A program made the position numbers and the translations under genes. From NCBI GenBank assembly GCA_965203905.1, contig CBDBDQ010000005.1, positions 4,992,001 through 5,056,000 on the forward strand: a stretch of DNA of 64,000 bases, read 5' to 3'. Position 1 is the stretch's first letter. Every line of letters starts with the position of its first letter. A model generated the notes under the pieces. That model saw only the letters and a list, made by a program, of their open reading frames with translations. It was not told where the DNA came from and made no database searches. The stretch comes from Spirochaetia bacterium. GTDB taxonomy: Bacteria; Spirochaetota; Spirochaetia; SZUA-6; Bin103. Of this stretch, positions 39,093 to 49,284 are shown one piece after another.

Positions 39093-40025
39093 CTAGCCCA
39101 CGGCCCAGATCGCGGATGCTGCCGCAGAGAGGACAAACGATATGAGCGGCGCGAAGATCCACCCTATACTGAAGTTGAGCAACATGCGAGCCTTGAGGTT
39201 TTGTAATCCCCGCAGAATCCCGACGCCGAGTATCGCGCCGATTAGGGCCTGGCTGGTACTCACCGGTACTCCTATGACGGCGAAAATGTGAACCGTAGCA
39301 GCCATTGATGAAACCGCTATGAATGCCGTGAACGCGTCGAGCCGCATCAGTCTTTTCCCTACGGACTCCATCACACGACGGCTGAACGTGATCACGCCGA
39401 GGCCAATCGCACCGCCTCCGATCACGGCCAGATGGAAGTCGTTCAACCCTGGGATAACGCCGGAGTAGATTCCGGTAGCGTTGGCAACATTGTTTGCGCC
39501 GAGGGCGTATGAACCGTAGGTTCCCACAACGACCAACCCCGTCCAGAGCAACTTATCCCGAGTCAGGATCCCCATCCGCACGTGACGAGATACCCAGCGC
39601 AGGACGATGAAAAAGAGTACAGCGAAGAACATCGAGCCTAATGGAGTGGCAAGCCAAGAAATCGCGACTTTGGCGAGACCGCTCGTAGAGAGGTTGCGGG
39701 TGGCGATGCCGATGCCGATAATCGCGCCGACAACGGCTTGTGAGGTGCTGATCGGGAGACCGAACATTGTCATCATCGTGATCGTAATCGCCGCCGATAC
39801 CGATACGATGATGAGCGTGGTCACCGTCTGTTCCGTCAGTCCGCTGAGAGTATGGATGCCTGCCTGACCTTGCAGCGCGGCACCGGCAAGCACCGCCAGC
39901 GCGCACAGAACGGACGCTCTTCTGAAGCTGATGACTCTGGACCCGACCGCGGTACCGAAGAAATTCGCCGCGTCGTTGGCGCCGAGAGCCCAACCAAGAT
40001 AGACGCCGCCGGCGAGAGCCAGCAC
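39093..40025 (-). CDS. Inorganic phosphate transporter, PiT family
   Basis: GANDAAN, GANNVAN, PISTSQ and PVSTSQ signatures. Confidence 0.92.
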   Translation of the reverse strand: MLALAGGVYLGWALGANDAANFFGTAVGSRVISFRRASVLCALAVLAGAALQGQAGIHTLSGLTEQTVTTLIIVSVSAAITITMMTMFGLPISTSQAVVGAIIGIGIATRNLSTSGLAKVAISWLATPLGSMFFAVLFFIVLRWVSRHVRMGILTRDKLLWTGLVVVGTYGSYALGANNVANATGIYSGVIPGLNDFHLAVIGGGAIGLGVITFSRRVMESVGKRLMRLDAFTAFIAVSSMAATVHIFAVIGVPVSTSQALIGAILGVGILRGLQNLKARMLLNFSIGWIFAPLISFVLSAAASAIWAVG

Positions 40026-40673
40026 TCAAACACTCCTCTTGGCGACCATTATCCTGATTCTGTCACCGACGCTTTCCGATCGGTCGGCGACGCCGCCGAT
40101 TCTGTCAACGAGATCTCTCAGCAGAATCTTCTGCAGATCAGGCATGTCAGAGGAAAAGATGCGGTCGATCAAGTCAGATTCGATGCGATCGGCTTCGCTT
40201 TCCAGCTTGTCGATTTTTCCCACCGTAATCGACGCATCGATGAAGTTGTTGAAGAGCTGGGATACACCTTCGAGCATCGTCAAGACGCACTTGGTGCAAA
40301 CCGACACCAGCTCGGTGATTTGGTCGCAGATCTCAGGCGGCAGCGATATGTGTTGGTTCAGGATCATTCTCACGGCAGACTCTGCGCAATTCGGTACGCG
40401 ATCCATAGATTCAATCAGACCGAGGATATCACCACGCGATTCCGGGAATAACGCGCGGCTGTACATCAAGTTCTCGAGCTCGCGGCGAATGTCGTCGGCC
40501 CGCCCCTCGGCGAGATGAACGCTGTCGAAACTCCTTTGCACCTTTTGTCGATCAAAACAGGTACAACACTCGCCGAAGGTTGTCTTAAACCGCTCGACGC
40601 ACAGCGAGATCTGTTCGCAGTATGATGCGATCTGCTCTTGCACCGCCCGCTGCTTGCTCTGCAATCTACTCAT
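40026..40673 (-). CDS. DUF47 (PhoU-like) phosphate transport regulator
   Basis: EGRADDIRRE / ESEADRIE repeats; directly upstream of PiT. Confidence 0.9.
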   Translation of the reverse strand: MSRLQSKQRAVQEQIASYCEQISLCVERFKTTFGECCTCFDRQKVQRSFDSVHLAEGRADDIRRELENLMYSRALFPESRGDILGLIESMDRVPNCAESAVRMILNQHISLPPEICDQITELVSVCTKCVLTMLEGVSQLFNNFIDASITVGKIDKLESEADRIESDLIDRIFSSDMPDLQKILLRDLVDRIGGVADRSESVGDRIRIMVAKRSV

Positions 40674-40797
40674 TCGAGTGTCCCCATCGGCGGTCGGCCG
40701 AGGTCGGGCTCAATTGCTGTCTGGCGCTCATATGGCTCCCGCATCGCATCCTATATCCTACCGAGTCACGTGTTGCTTGCCTATAGCGTTACCACGT

Positions 40798-41727
40798 TTA
40801 GGTCTGGCGTGGACAAGGTCGACAGCGCGCCGACCGGTCTCGCATCATGAGCCGCTTGATGCCGGCGGCCGTGAACATAGTTCGACCCAAGACAATACGC
40901 CCACGTACGACTGCCATTCCTGGAGGCATCCACACTGCCGCCATGGCCCAGGACGGCGCTGTGCGTGCTGCCCCGGAGGTAAAGAGGAACTTGAACACGA
41001 TCCGGGGCGGTACCGGCGAGTCGGACGCGGGATGGCGGCGCATGCGCCGGTGATACATGTCGTAGTGAAAGCAGCAGAAGCTGCCTGCAGGCACCACCAT
41101 CGGTTCCTCGCGCACAGACGGATCGAGGGCCCCGATCGTCGCGCAGCAAGCGGTCGCGGGCCGCCAGATCGGCCCCCTGCATCGCGCCCTCCGGGTCGTC
41201 GATCTGGTCGTGGCGGATTGGCTGAGCGGGGGGCCGGGCGCTGCCATCGCCGTCCGCGGGGAGCGCGTAGTACTGCGATCCCGGTGCGATCGCCGTCGGT
41301 CCCATCTCCAGGGTGACCGCCGCGGGGTAGTACATGCACAGCAACCAGCGCGGCCGGTGATGACGCACCCTCTGCACGCCCCAGTAACTGTCGCGGTGCC
41401 AGCCCTGGTCGAACGGCACCGCTCCCGCCGCTTCCGGCGCGCCGGACTCGACATACGCCGCGGAATGTGGATGGCGGAGGTAGCCGCGCCCCAACAGATC
41501 CTTGAGGGCGCCGCGCACCGTGGCGCTGTCGAGCAACCTCGCGCAGCTCCGGCATTGCGGCGTCCAGATCGTCGCTCAGGCCGCTCTGTGGTTGGCGCTC
41601 CAGGGCGGCGCGATAGACGTTCTCGTGAAAGCCCTCACCGAGCTCCTCCAAGCCGAACCAGGAAGCCGTCGAGGATGAACCGTTGCACCTGGGCGTCGGT
41701 GAGGAGCCTTATCTCGCGGTCACTCAT
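40798..41727 (-). pseudogene. Frameshifted PhyH-family dioxygenase
   Basis: MSDREIRLLTDAQVQRFILDGF..., WHRDSY, MGPTAIAPGSQY, HYDMYHR spread over several frames. Confidence 0.75.
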
Positions 41728-42046
41728 ATTCCGGCCTCACCATAACCGAACCGCTCTCTGGCCTCGCGTCGACCGCTACAGCCACCTCCGTGGCGAGGTG
41801 CGGTCGCTGTTCGAGGCACTGAAGCGCTTCCAGGCGCATTCCGCTACATGGTGGTCGCCAGGTGCGCCACGATCCGGCGCCCAGGTCTTCTCCGCCGCCT
41901 GACCGACGGACCGACCGGCGGACATTGACGGAGGCGTCCGACTTCGCCAACTATTTTCCGCGAAGGACGGGAGGCTCTACGACGGCTCCCCGCGGGTCGT
42001 CGAGGATCGGTGATCCGACCAGCGCCGCCTCCTTCGGAGGACCGCC

Positions 42047-42292
42047 ATGGCACGTCACGACGCGATAGAGGGTAGTTCGACAGTGACCGTCCACGTGTAT
42101 CGTGCTGAGGAAGGCGGGTTTTGGGCTGAGATGCCCGATTATCCGGGGTGTTACACCCAGGGCGAGACCATGGACGAGCTTGAAGAGAATGTCCGTGAAG
42201 CCGTCCAGTGCTACCTCGATGCGGGGTATGCCGACCAGTCAGCGATCGAAAAGGCAGAAGAGGAGCCGGAGATCCTACAGGTCTCCTTGTGA
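42047..42292 (+). CDS. hicB: HicB-family antitoxin
   Basis: AEEGGFWAEMPDYPGCYTQGETMDELEENVREAV; exact start uncertain. Confidence 0.85.
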   Translation: MARHDAIEGSSTVTVHVYRAEEGGFWAEMPDYPGCYTQGETMDELEENVREAVQCYLDAGYADQSAIEKAEEEPEILQVSL

Positions 42293-42333
42293 AGGCGATT
42301 TCAGGCCGGAGGCTTGTACGGATCCTCCAATCA
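42289..42333 (+). pseudogene. N-terminal remnant of a HicA toxin
   Basis: GTGA overlap with hicB; MKAISGRRLVRILQS, then truncated. Confidence 0.7.
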
Positions 42334-43137
42334 ATATTCGATGAATCGCTCGGCGGAAGTGAGGTAGTGTCGAGGTAACCCTCTATCAACTGCCAGGGAA
42401 AGAAGGTAGGCCCACTCGAAGGCATGACCGATGTCAATCCGACCTCCATCTGCGGCCGGGAGCTCCCGCCAGTCCGCGTCGTAGAGCTCCGGTAATCTAT
42501 GATCTGATGCCCGTACCAGTTTCGTCAGAACGAAATCGGCCACTTGCTTCGCCTCGCGGTACCCTTCCTGTTCTCCGCTCATGTCGCCCAGGGCCACGAG
42601 TGCCTCGAAGAGATGCATCAGCGGATTCTGTGATTTGATCTTGCCATCCTCTTGGAAGTCCCGGGTCAAGCTCAGCTTGAAGCCTCCATGATCATCCTGG
42701 AAGTGCTCCTTGAGTATTGCTACCGTCTCGCTGGCAGCGTGCTGTGGAGCTGGATTCCCGGTAATGCGCGCTGCATGCGAAAGCCCGAATATGGCGAACG
42801 CATGTCCTTAAGTATTTTTTTGGGAATCGAGTACCTGGCCATCGCGCCTGCAGGTACTGAACCAACCTCCATACTGATTGTCCCAGAAGTTTCCCAACAG
42901 AAACCGGATGCCCTTTTCTACCGCCTGCAAGTACTCGTCGTCCTGGGTCAGTTCATAGCCGATGCAGAAGTTGTACAAGAGCCTGGACTGAGAGACGAGA
43001 GTAGCATAGTCCTGCCCGAGCGGATTCCACTTTCGATCAAAGTGTGGCAGGAAACAGCCGGTCTCGGTGACCGCATGCTGAAGCCAGTGTGGAAGTATAT
43101 CTTCGAGAAGATGCTGCTGAAACCACTTCAGGTCCAA
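42331..43137 (-). pseudogene. AGE/cellobiose 2-epimerase family pseudogene
   Basis: QSRLLY, in-frame TAA at 42808 where YGHAF is expected, QNPLMHLFEA, GHAFEW; 3' truncated. Confidence 0.85.
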
Positions 43138-43549
43138 TGCTGGCCCTCCGATACGTGTTGGCGTGTTCCTACGTCACCGGGAACAGAACTGTCAAGTCAG
43201 CGATCCGGGGCTGAGTTCGCGACACACGCTGGCACACGACGAAGGGCGGGTGACGACACGGGGCACCGTGTGCGAATTCCTCGGCCCCTGTGGGGACGTT
43301 CGCTGACGATATCGGGATTGTCTTCCTGGAGGGGTTAAAGTGAGGCTTCTCGACGACGCGGATCTCAGGGCATACGCTCGACGCGACTGGGGGCCGCCGG
43401 CCCGGCTCGGTCGAGCTCGCGACACGATGTCCGGGCTCGAAGCTGTTCGCTGTTCCGCTCATCGACTTCATCGCCGTGCGGCACACGCCATCTGCAAGCC
43501 TCCACCGTGGCAAGAGGCCATCACGCCGGTCGGTGCCCACTACGCCATC

Positions 43550-44806
43550 AGGACTATCCCACGCTAACGCGAAAGCCGGCTGCAAGTCGTTGCTTCCGTT
43601 GCCCTCGGACCGACGCTCAACCCCCAACTCGCACCCCGGCGAGCGCGGATCACGTGACCCCGTCTGGCGGCGGTCCGTACTCCCGATGCCGGAAGCGGTT
43701 GTGGGCAGCACAATGAAGCCTGAGATTACCCGGCTCGGCGCTGCCGCCGAGCGCGAAGGGAACGATGTGGTCGAGCTGCAGCAGGAAGCGCGACCCGCAG
43801 CGCCGCCCAGTGTGCGGATCGACGTAACTGCAGCAGCCACCGTCGCGGCGCCACACCTCGCGCCGCACTGGTGCCGGAATGTAGCGGGATCGACGCGCCC
43901 GGTGGGGCGGCTGCGCGCTGCCTCCGGACGGGCCGGCTGCCGCCGCCTGCGGCCGCGAACGGCCGTCGAGTAGCGCCGCTCCTGTCCGCTTCGCCGCCCC
44001 TGTCCGCTTCGCTGGCGAAGGAGCGCTGCGACCACGATCCACCGCTACCAGCGCGGTCGGCATGCTCTGGTCTGCCGGCGGCGTCGGTCGTGGCGCCGGT
44101 GCGGTGGCGTGGGACCCACGATCGGCCACCGACTTCGGCGCCGAAGCAGCGGAGCCGGGCGCCGCCGTCGCTGGCTTGGCACGCACCGGGGATGCTGCCC
44201 GCGCAAGTCTCGCGCCCCGACGGCGGCGCGGACAGCGCCGAGGTGCCGGCGCCGCCATTCCCGCGCGCGGGTTCCTCTGCGGATAGCGCTGCTGGCGCCG
44301 GGGTACTGCCACCGGCGCTCGTGCCCTCCGGCGGCGTCGACTCTCCGGGTTGCTCTTGCGCGTCCCGCTTCGCCGGCGAAGCCGCCCCGCCTGCCGGCCC
44401 TTGCTGCGCCCTCGGCGCCGGTGCCTGGCCCGCGCTTGCCTCCCGGCGCCCACCTCGGCGCCCGCGCGGCGGCCGCCCCGGGTCGTAGCGCTGCAGGCCG
44501 TCCTGCACCAGCCGCTCGACGAGCTGCCCCAGCGTCAGGTGCGGGTCCACGTGCGACAGCAGTGCCCGTAGCTGCTCGATCCCGCACTGACAGGCAGATT
44601 CGATCACCACCTTCAGCTCCCAGCGGCCGTCCCCCAGCGCCCGCATGCGATCGGCCGGCCGCGCCAGCTCGGGAGCCACACCGGCCAACAACTGCTTCAC
44701 CTCGCGGGTGCTCTTGCCGCTCGCCTGCGCCACCAACTCCTGCCGCTGCGCCGCGTCCAACGCCGGCACCGCTCGCGCCGGCGCCGCTGCCGCGGTCCCC
44801 GAAGCC
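43550..44806 (-). pseudogene. DUF222-like/HNH element copy 2 (5'-truncated, frameshifted) with its 100-nt 3' flank
   Basis: Close match to copy 3; extra base in the G-run at 44188-44191; homology ends at 44806. Confidence 0.88.
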
Positions 44807-44809
44807 GCA

Positions 44810-45120
44810 TCTCTCCAGCGAGCGACACTCCCACCGACACGTCTGCGCAGGAGAAAACCTCGACACTAGGTGGAGTGGAGAGTACTCCGAGAATGGAAGA
44901 TGATTCCGTCATGGGAGGTCAACCCTCCCGGATACCTGCTGCGGGAGGCGCGGGAAACCGCGGGATTTACGCAACGGAGCCTTGCGACCCGGCTCGGTTG
45001 CACGCAGCAGGCTGTCGCTAGAGCCGAACGATTCGACAGCAATCCGACACTTGAATTCGCACGCGCCTGGGCGGATGCCCTCGGCCTTGACCTCGTACTG
45101 GAGTTCAATCGTGCACGAGC
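44810..45120 (+). pseudogene. XRE-HTH regulator interrupted by a TAG stop
   Basis: RRRKPRH*VEWRVLREW...LREARETAGFTQRSLATRLGCTQQAVARAE. Confidence 0.6.
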
Positions 45121-45125
45121 TTCCG

Positions 45126-45455
45126 TCATCCCTTGTGGAGCCGATCATCACGCTTCTCACGAGGTACTTCTGGACGAACGGGTAGATGGCGAGCACCGGA
45201 ACGCTGGCGACGATGATGAGGGAGAACTTGAGCAGCTCGCGCTGATTCCAGTCCTGGACAGAGGACTCCCGGTCGAGCAGACCCTCGCTGACGAGCCGAT
45301 TCAAGTAGCGCAGCCCGTCACGCCACTCAGGGGTCGTGAAAGCCGCGGAGACCGTACCGTCGTCCCGGATGAGTCTGTCTTCGCCGTCGTTGTAGACAAA
45401 GGGATTCATCAGAAAGCCGTCGACGTACGAGTGCCATCCGTTCTGGGTAACCGCC
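45126..45455 (-). pseudogene. Chimeric remnant: carbohydrate SBP fragment fused to a permease C-terminus
   Basis: FTTPEWRDGLRYLNRLVSEGLLD followed in frame by LLKFSLIIVASVPVLAIYPFVQKY. Confidence 0.75.
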
Positions 45456-45459
45456 GAGA

Positions 45460-45819
45460 TCAGGCTGGCAAGGACAGGCTACGCCTGGCGGTGGTCCGTA
45501 CTGCAGTTGCATGGCGCACCGCCTCCCGCGCTGACGGCTTGTCAGCGGACTCGCCGGGGTAACGGACCGCGACGGCGTACACGTTGAGGATCTCAAGGTG
45601 CGGGCGAGCGTCGTCCCAGGCCCCCGCGTGCGGCAGGAGCAGGTCCAGGAGGGCAATCAGGTTATGGGTCCTGCCAAACGGGATGGATTGCTCTTGGAGG
45701 ATAGCCTTCAGGTATTTCTCAGCGCATTGCTGCGCGTGGAAGCAAGCGGCCTCGTAGTTGGGGTTCTTCCTTGCCCGCAACTCGCGACCAGCGGTGGCGA
45801 AGTCACCCTCGGGATTCAT
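45460..45819 (-). CDS. HEPN domain protein, apparently missing its first helix
   Basis: ACFHAQQCAEKYLKA, THNL, VRYPG; starts MNP-EGDF. Confidence 0.8.
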   Translation of the reverse strand: MNPEGDFATAGRELRARKNPNYEAACFHAQQCAEKYLKAILQEQSIPFGRTHNLIALLDLLLPHAGAWDDARPHLEILNVYAVAVRYPGESADKPSAREAVRHATAVRTTARRSLSLPA

Positions 45820-46123
45820 AGAGCACTTCCCCCCGCTTCACGACCTCCTTGAGGAAAAAGTCGTTCCACTGGAGGCGCTGGCGCATCTCCTGTGGAGTCC
45901 TCACGACGAGGTCGACCGGGATTCTCGACCTCACTCGGCGCACGATTTCGATGGCCTGCGCGACACCGCTGCCGCTGTGCTCCATGATCACGAGCAGGTC
46001 AACGTCCGAGTCCTCCGAAGGCGTGCCGTAGGCGTGAGAGCCGAACAGAATGACCTTTTCGGGTCTGAACTCCGCACCGATGCGCTGCGCGACGGCGTGG
46101 ATCTCTGTTCTGGTCACGCGCAC
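45803..46123 (-). CDS. Minimal nucleotidyltransferase (MNT) antitoxin
   Basis: ILFGSHAYG...SDVDLL; overlaps the HEPN start. Confidence 0.9.
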   Translation of the reverse strand: MRVTRTEIHAVAQRIGAEFRPEKVILFGSHAYGTPSEDSDVDLLVIMEHSGSGVAQAIEIVRRVRSRIPVDLVVRTPQEMRQRLQWNDFFLKEVVKRGEVLYESRG

Positions 46124-46275
46124 GCTGGCATCCTACCACGCCGCGGGCGTAGTAAGCCCACAACCCGGCGGGTGCCGTCGGTCGGCACGACTTCGACGCC
46201 GTCGGCGCCTGAGCGCACCGCGCGCGTGCGCCACGCGCCGGAGTGCCGGTACCGGTTCGGGCGATGGCACCTCGC

Positions 46276-47115
46276 TCAGTCGTGCAGGCTGCGAACGTAG
46301 GCCAGGTTGCGGCGCATTCCCTCGCCCGGCTCGGGCAGCTCCGGGTGCCAGTACTTCTCGTACTCGTCGGCTATCCACCCGTCGTAGCCCACCTTCTCGA
46401 GAGCGGCAAACACCTCAGGCCACGGCACTGACCCCTCACCCATCAGGCGTGCTTTGCGTTGATTCCTTCCCTCGAGGTTCCAATCGACGAGCCAGTCCTT
46501 GTAGTGGACGTGCCGCAGGTAAGGGGCGCACAGGTTCACCGCCTCGGCCGGGCTCTCGGCGCGGGCCCAGTAGATCCAGGCGTAGTCGAACAGGATGCCT
46601 ACGTTCTCCAGGCCCACCATCTCTACCATCCTGACGGTGTCCGCGGCAGAGAGCGTGAGGCAGCCACCGTGGGTCTCCACGCACACGGTGATGCCGTGCC
46701 GGGCAGCAGCCCGGCCGATCTCCCGGATTCCCGATGCCGTACGCTCCCAGTCCTGCTCCAGCGTGTAGCCCGCGGGCACCGGATCGAGACCGCCGTACAC
46801 CCGGATCATCGGCGCCTCGAGTCGGGCGGCCACCTCCACCACCCGCAGCATATGCGCCAGCTCTGCCGCGCGGCGGTCGGTCACGAAGTCCTTGAAGTAG
46901 GCGGTGAGGCAGACGATGCGGACGCCGGTATCCCTGGACCACTCCCTTGCCAGGGCGAGGTACTCGTCATCTACGGTGGTAGTATCGAGCTGCCCGTCCT
47001 TGGAGCAGCGCACCTCGATTCCTTCGTAGCCGATCTCGGCAAACAGCTTCATCGCCCCCAGCAGGTTCAGGTCGGGGGTCCCCATGGTGTGACCGGCTGC
47101 CTTCAGCATCTTCAT
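46276..47115 (-). CDS. Sugar phosphate isomerase/epimerase (xylose isomerase-like TIM barrel)
   Basis: VETHG, ILFD, HVHYKD, GYDGWI.DEYE. Confidence 0.88.
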   Translation of the reverse strand: MKMLKAAGHTMGTPDLNLLGAMKLFAEIGYEGIEVRCSKDGQLDTTTVDDEYLALAREWSRDTGVRIVCLTAYFKDFVTDRRAAELAHMLRVVEVAARLEAPMIRVYGGLDPVPAGYTLEQDWERTASGIREIGRAAARHGITVCVETHGGCLTLSAADTVRMVEMVGLENVGILFDYAWIYWARAESPAEAVNLCAPYLRHVHYKDWLVDWNLEGRNQRKARLMGEGSVPWPEVFAALEKVGYDGWIADEYEKYWHPELPEPGEGMRRNLAYVRSLHD

Positions 47116-48152
47116 CGCATCGCCTCCTGCACCTGGTGTTGTATCTGATCGATGGTGGGCACCGCGTCGCCGGGGCTTGCATCTTTGCTGGTAGGCCCGT
47201 TCCGGGTGGGCCCACCCCCCACCCGGAAGGCGGTCTCTACCAGACTGGTGGTGACGAACCCCTCCAGGCCGTCGGCCGACAGCACCTGTGGCGGCCGGCC
47301 ATCGAGCACCAGGCGGATCAACTCGTCCAACTCGGCCTGGAAAGAATCAATGCTCTCCGGCACCTCCACCACCTCGCACCCGGTGGTGTGCACGACGATG
47401 CGGTCGGGGCGCTCTACCCGGACGTAGCCTTCGGTACCGATGAAGGTCAGCACCGTGTCCCGAAACTGGAAGCCGATGCCCTCGGCGTAGTTTGCCGTAT
47501 GCGAACCGACCACGCCGTCACCCCAGTCGATGACCATGCTGAAGCCGTCCTCCCGCTCCCAGCCCTTGCGAAACGACAACGCAGCGTGGCGGACGCGGCG
47601 TGGGGTCAGGCCGGTGATTGCCGTCACCAGGTCCAGTTCGTGGACGCTCAGCTCGTACATCGCCCCCGCCCGACCCAGCCAGGCGAGCTTCTCGGCCTTG
47701 CCGGTGATGGGCTGCACCTTGGTAGTGATCACCGACAGCAGCGGCCCGGCGCGTTTCACCAGCTCCGCGGCGCGCCGGAAGATCGGGTCGTAGCGCATCT
47801 TGAAGCCCACCATCAGTGGCGTGCCTGATCGGCGCGAGGTCAGTACCAGCTGTGCCGCCTCCCGCTCCGTCATCGCCAGGGGCTTCTCGCAGAGCACGGC
47901 TATTCCACGCTGGAGCAAGGCTTTGGTTACGGCGAAGTGGCTCGCAGGTGGCGTGGTGAGGCTGGCTGCCGACAGCCCTTCGGGCAATGCGTCGATCGAG
48001 GTCAGCGGCTCACCGCCGAACTCGGCGGCCAACGCCGCGGCGCGCTCCTCCTGCAGATCCACGAAGAAGCGGCGCGAGATGCGCCGGTCAGCGGCAAGGG
48101 CACGGGCGTGATTGCGGCCGATCGGGCCACACCCGACGATGGCGTATTGCAT
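47112..48152 (-). CDS. Gfo/Idh/MocA family oxidoreductase
   Basis: GCGPIG, CEKP, ELSVHELD. Confidence 0.9.
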   Translation of the reverse strand: MQYAIVGCGPIGRNHARALAADRRISRRFFVDLQEERAAALAAEFGGEPLTSIDALPEGLSAASLTTPPASHFAVTKALLQRGIAVLCEKPLAMTEREAAQLVLTSRRSGTPLMVGFKMRYDPIFRRAAELVKRAGPLLSVITTKVQPITGKAEKLAWLGRAGAMYELSVHELDLVTAITGLTPRRVRHAALSFRKGWEREDGFSMVIDWGDGVVGSHTANYAEGIGFQFRDTVLTFIGTEGYVRVERPDRIVVHTTGCEVVEVPESIDSFQAELDELIRLVLDGRPPQVLSADGLEGFVTTSLVETAFRVGGGPTRNGPTSKDASPGDAVPTIDQIQHQVQEAMR

Positions 48153-48159
48153 GGTGGTA

Positions 48160-49284
48160 TCAGTGGTATGGATCGGCGGCGTCTCGCAGTCCGTCGCCGA
48201 CGAAGTTGAAACAGATCACGGTGACGATGACCATCAACACTGGAATCATCAGCCACGGGTACAGCGCAACGGTGGATGCGTTCTGCGCCTCCTTGAGCAG
48301 CACGCCCCAACTGGTGACCGGCGGGCGCAGCCCCAGTCCCAGGAAGCTGAGGCTGGTCTCGCCCAGGATCATCGCCGGAATGGACAGCGTCAGCGATACG
48401 ATGATGTAGCTGAGGAATCCCGGAATCAGGTGGCGGACAATGACGGCAAAGCCCGAGGCGCCGCACACCCGGGAGGCGAGGACGAAGTCCTCCTCCCGCA
48501 GCGAGAGCAGCTTGCCGCGCACCACCCGCGCCAGTCCGGTCCAACCGATCAGCGAGAGAATGATCGTGATTGCCAGGTACACGCGCAGCGGCGGCCAGGT
48601 GGATGGCACCGCAGCGCTCAGGCCCAGCCACAGTGGGATGGTGGGGATGGAGCGCAGCATCTCGATGAGCCGCTGGACGGCGTTGTCGACACCACCTCCG
48701 AGGTAGCCGGAGACCCCGCCCAACAGCACACCGACCACCAGGCTCAGCGCCACTCCCACCAGGCCGATGCTCAACGACACGCGCGAGCCGTACAGGATGC
48801 GGGTGAACATGTCGCGCCCCAGCCGATCGGTGCCGAGCAGGTAGACACCGCCCTCGGCAACGCCGAACAGGTGCCGGTCGGAGTGGATGAAGCCCCACAT
48901 CTCGTACGCTTCACCCCGGACGAACAGCCGCAGTGGCAGTTTCTTCGCCCGATCTATCGTATAGCCCTTGCGCAGCGTCTCGGGGTCGATCTCCAGCTCA
49001 TAACCGTACACGAACAGCCCCGGTCGCCCCTGCTGCCAGTCCATCAGCCGGATTCGCTGCGGCGGCGCGTACACGTGGCCCAGGTCCCTGGTCTCGAGAC
49101 CGTACGGAGAGAGAAACTCGCAGAAGATCCCCGCCAGGTAGATGACGATCAACGCCAGCAGGCTGATTCGGGCAACGACGTGGCGCCGGAACTTGCGCCC
49201 CATGAGGGTCCACTGCGAAGCGACATAGTAGTCGTCGGCCCCCTGGACGGTGGTCGCGGCGGTAGCGGCGACGGGCGACGTCAT
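48160..49284 (-). CDS. ABC permease, OppC type
   Basis: LGTDRLGRD, ETSLSFLGLG, GDGLRDAADPY. Confidence 0.92.
   Translation of the reverse strand: MTSPVAATAATTVQGADDYYVASQWTLMGRKFRRHVVARISLLALIVIYLAGIFCEFLSPYGLETRDLGHVYAPPQRIRLMDWQQGRPGLFVYGYELEIDPETLRKGYTIDRAKKLPLRLFVRGEAYEMWGFIHSDRHLFGVAEGGVYLLGTDRLGRDMFTRILYGSRVSLSIGLVGVALSLVVGVLLGGVSGYLGGGVDNAVQRLIEMLRSIPTIPLWLGLSAAVPSTWPPLRVYLAITIILSLIGWTGLARVVRGKLLSLREEDFVLASRVCGASGFAVIVRHLIPGFLSYIIVSLTLSIPAMILGETSLSFLGLGLRPPVTSWGVLLKEAQNASTVALYPWLMIPVLMVIVTVICFNFVGDGLRDAADPYH

Noticed and set aside
41730-42046. Possible nucleotidyltransferase remnant (TLTEASDFANYF)
   Set aside because: Similarity is too weak to support a call.
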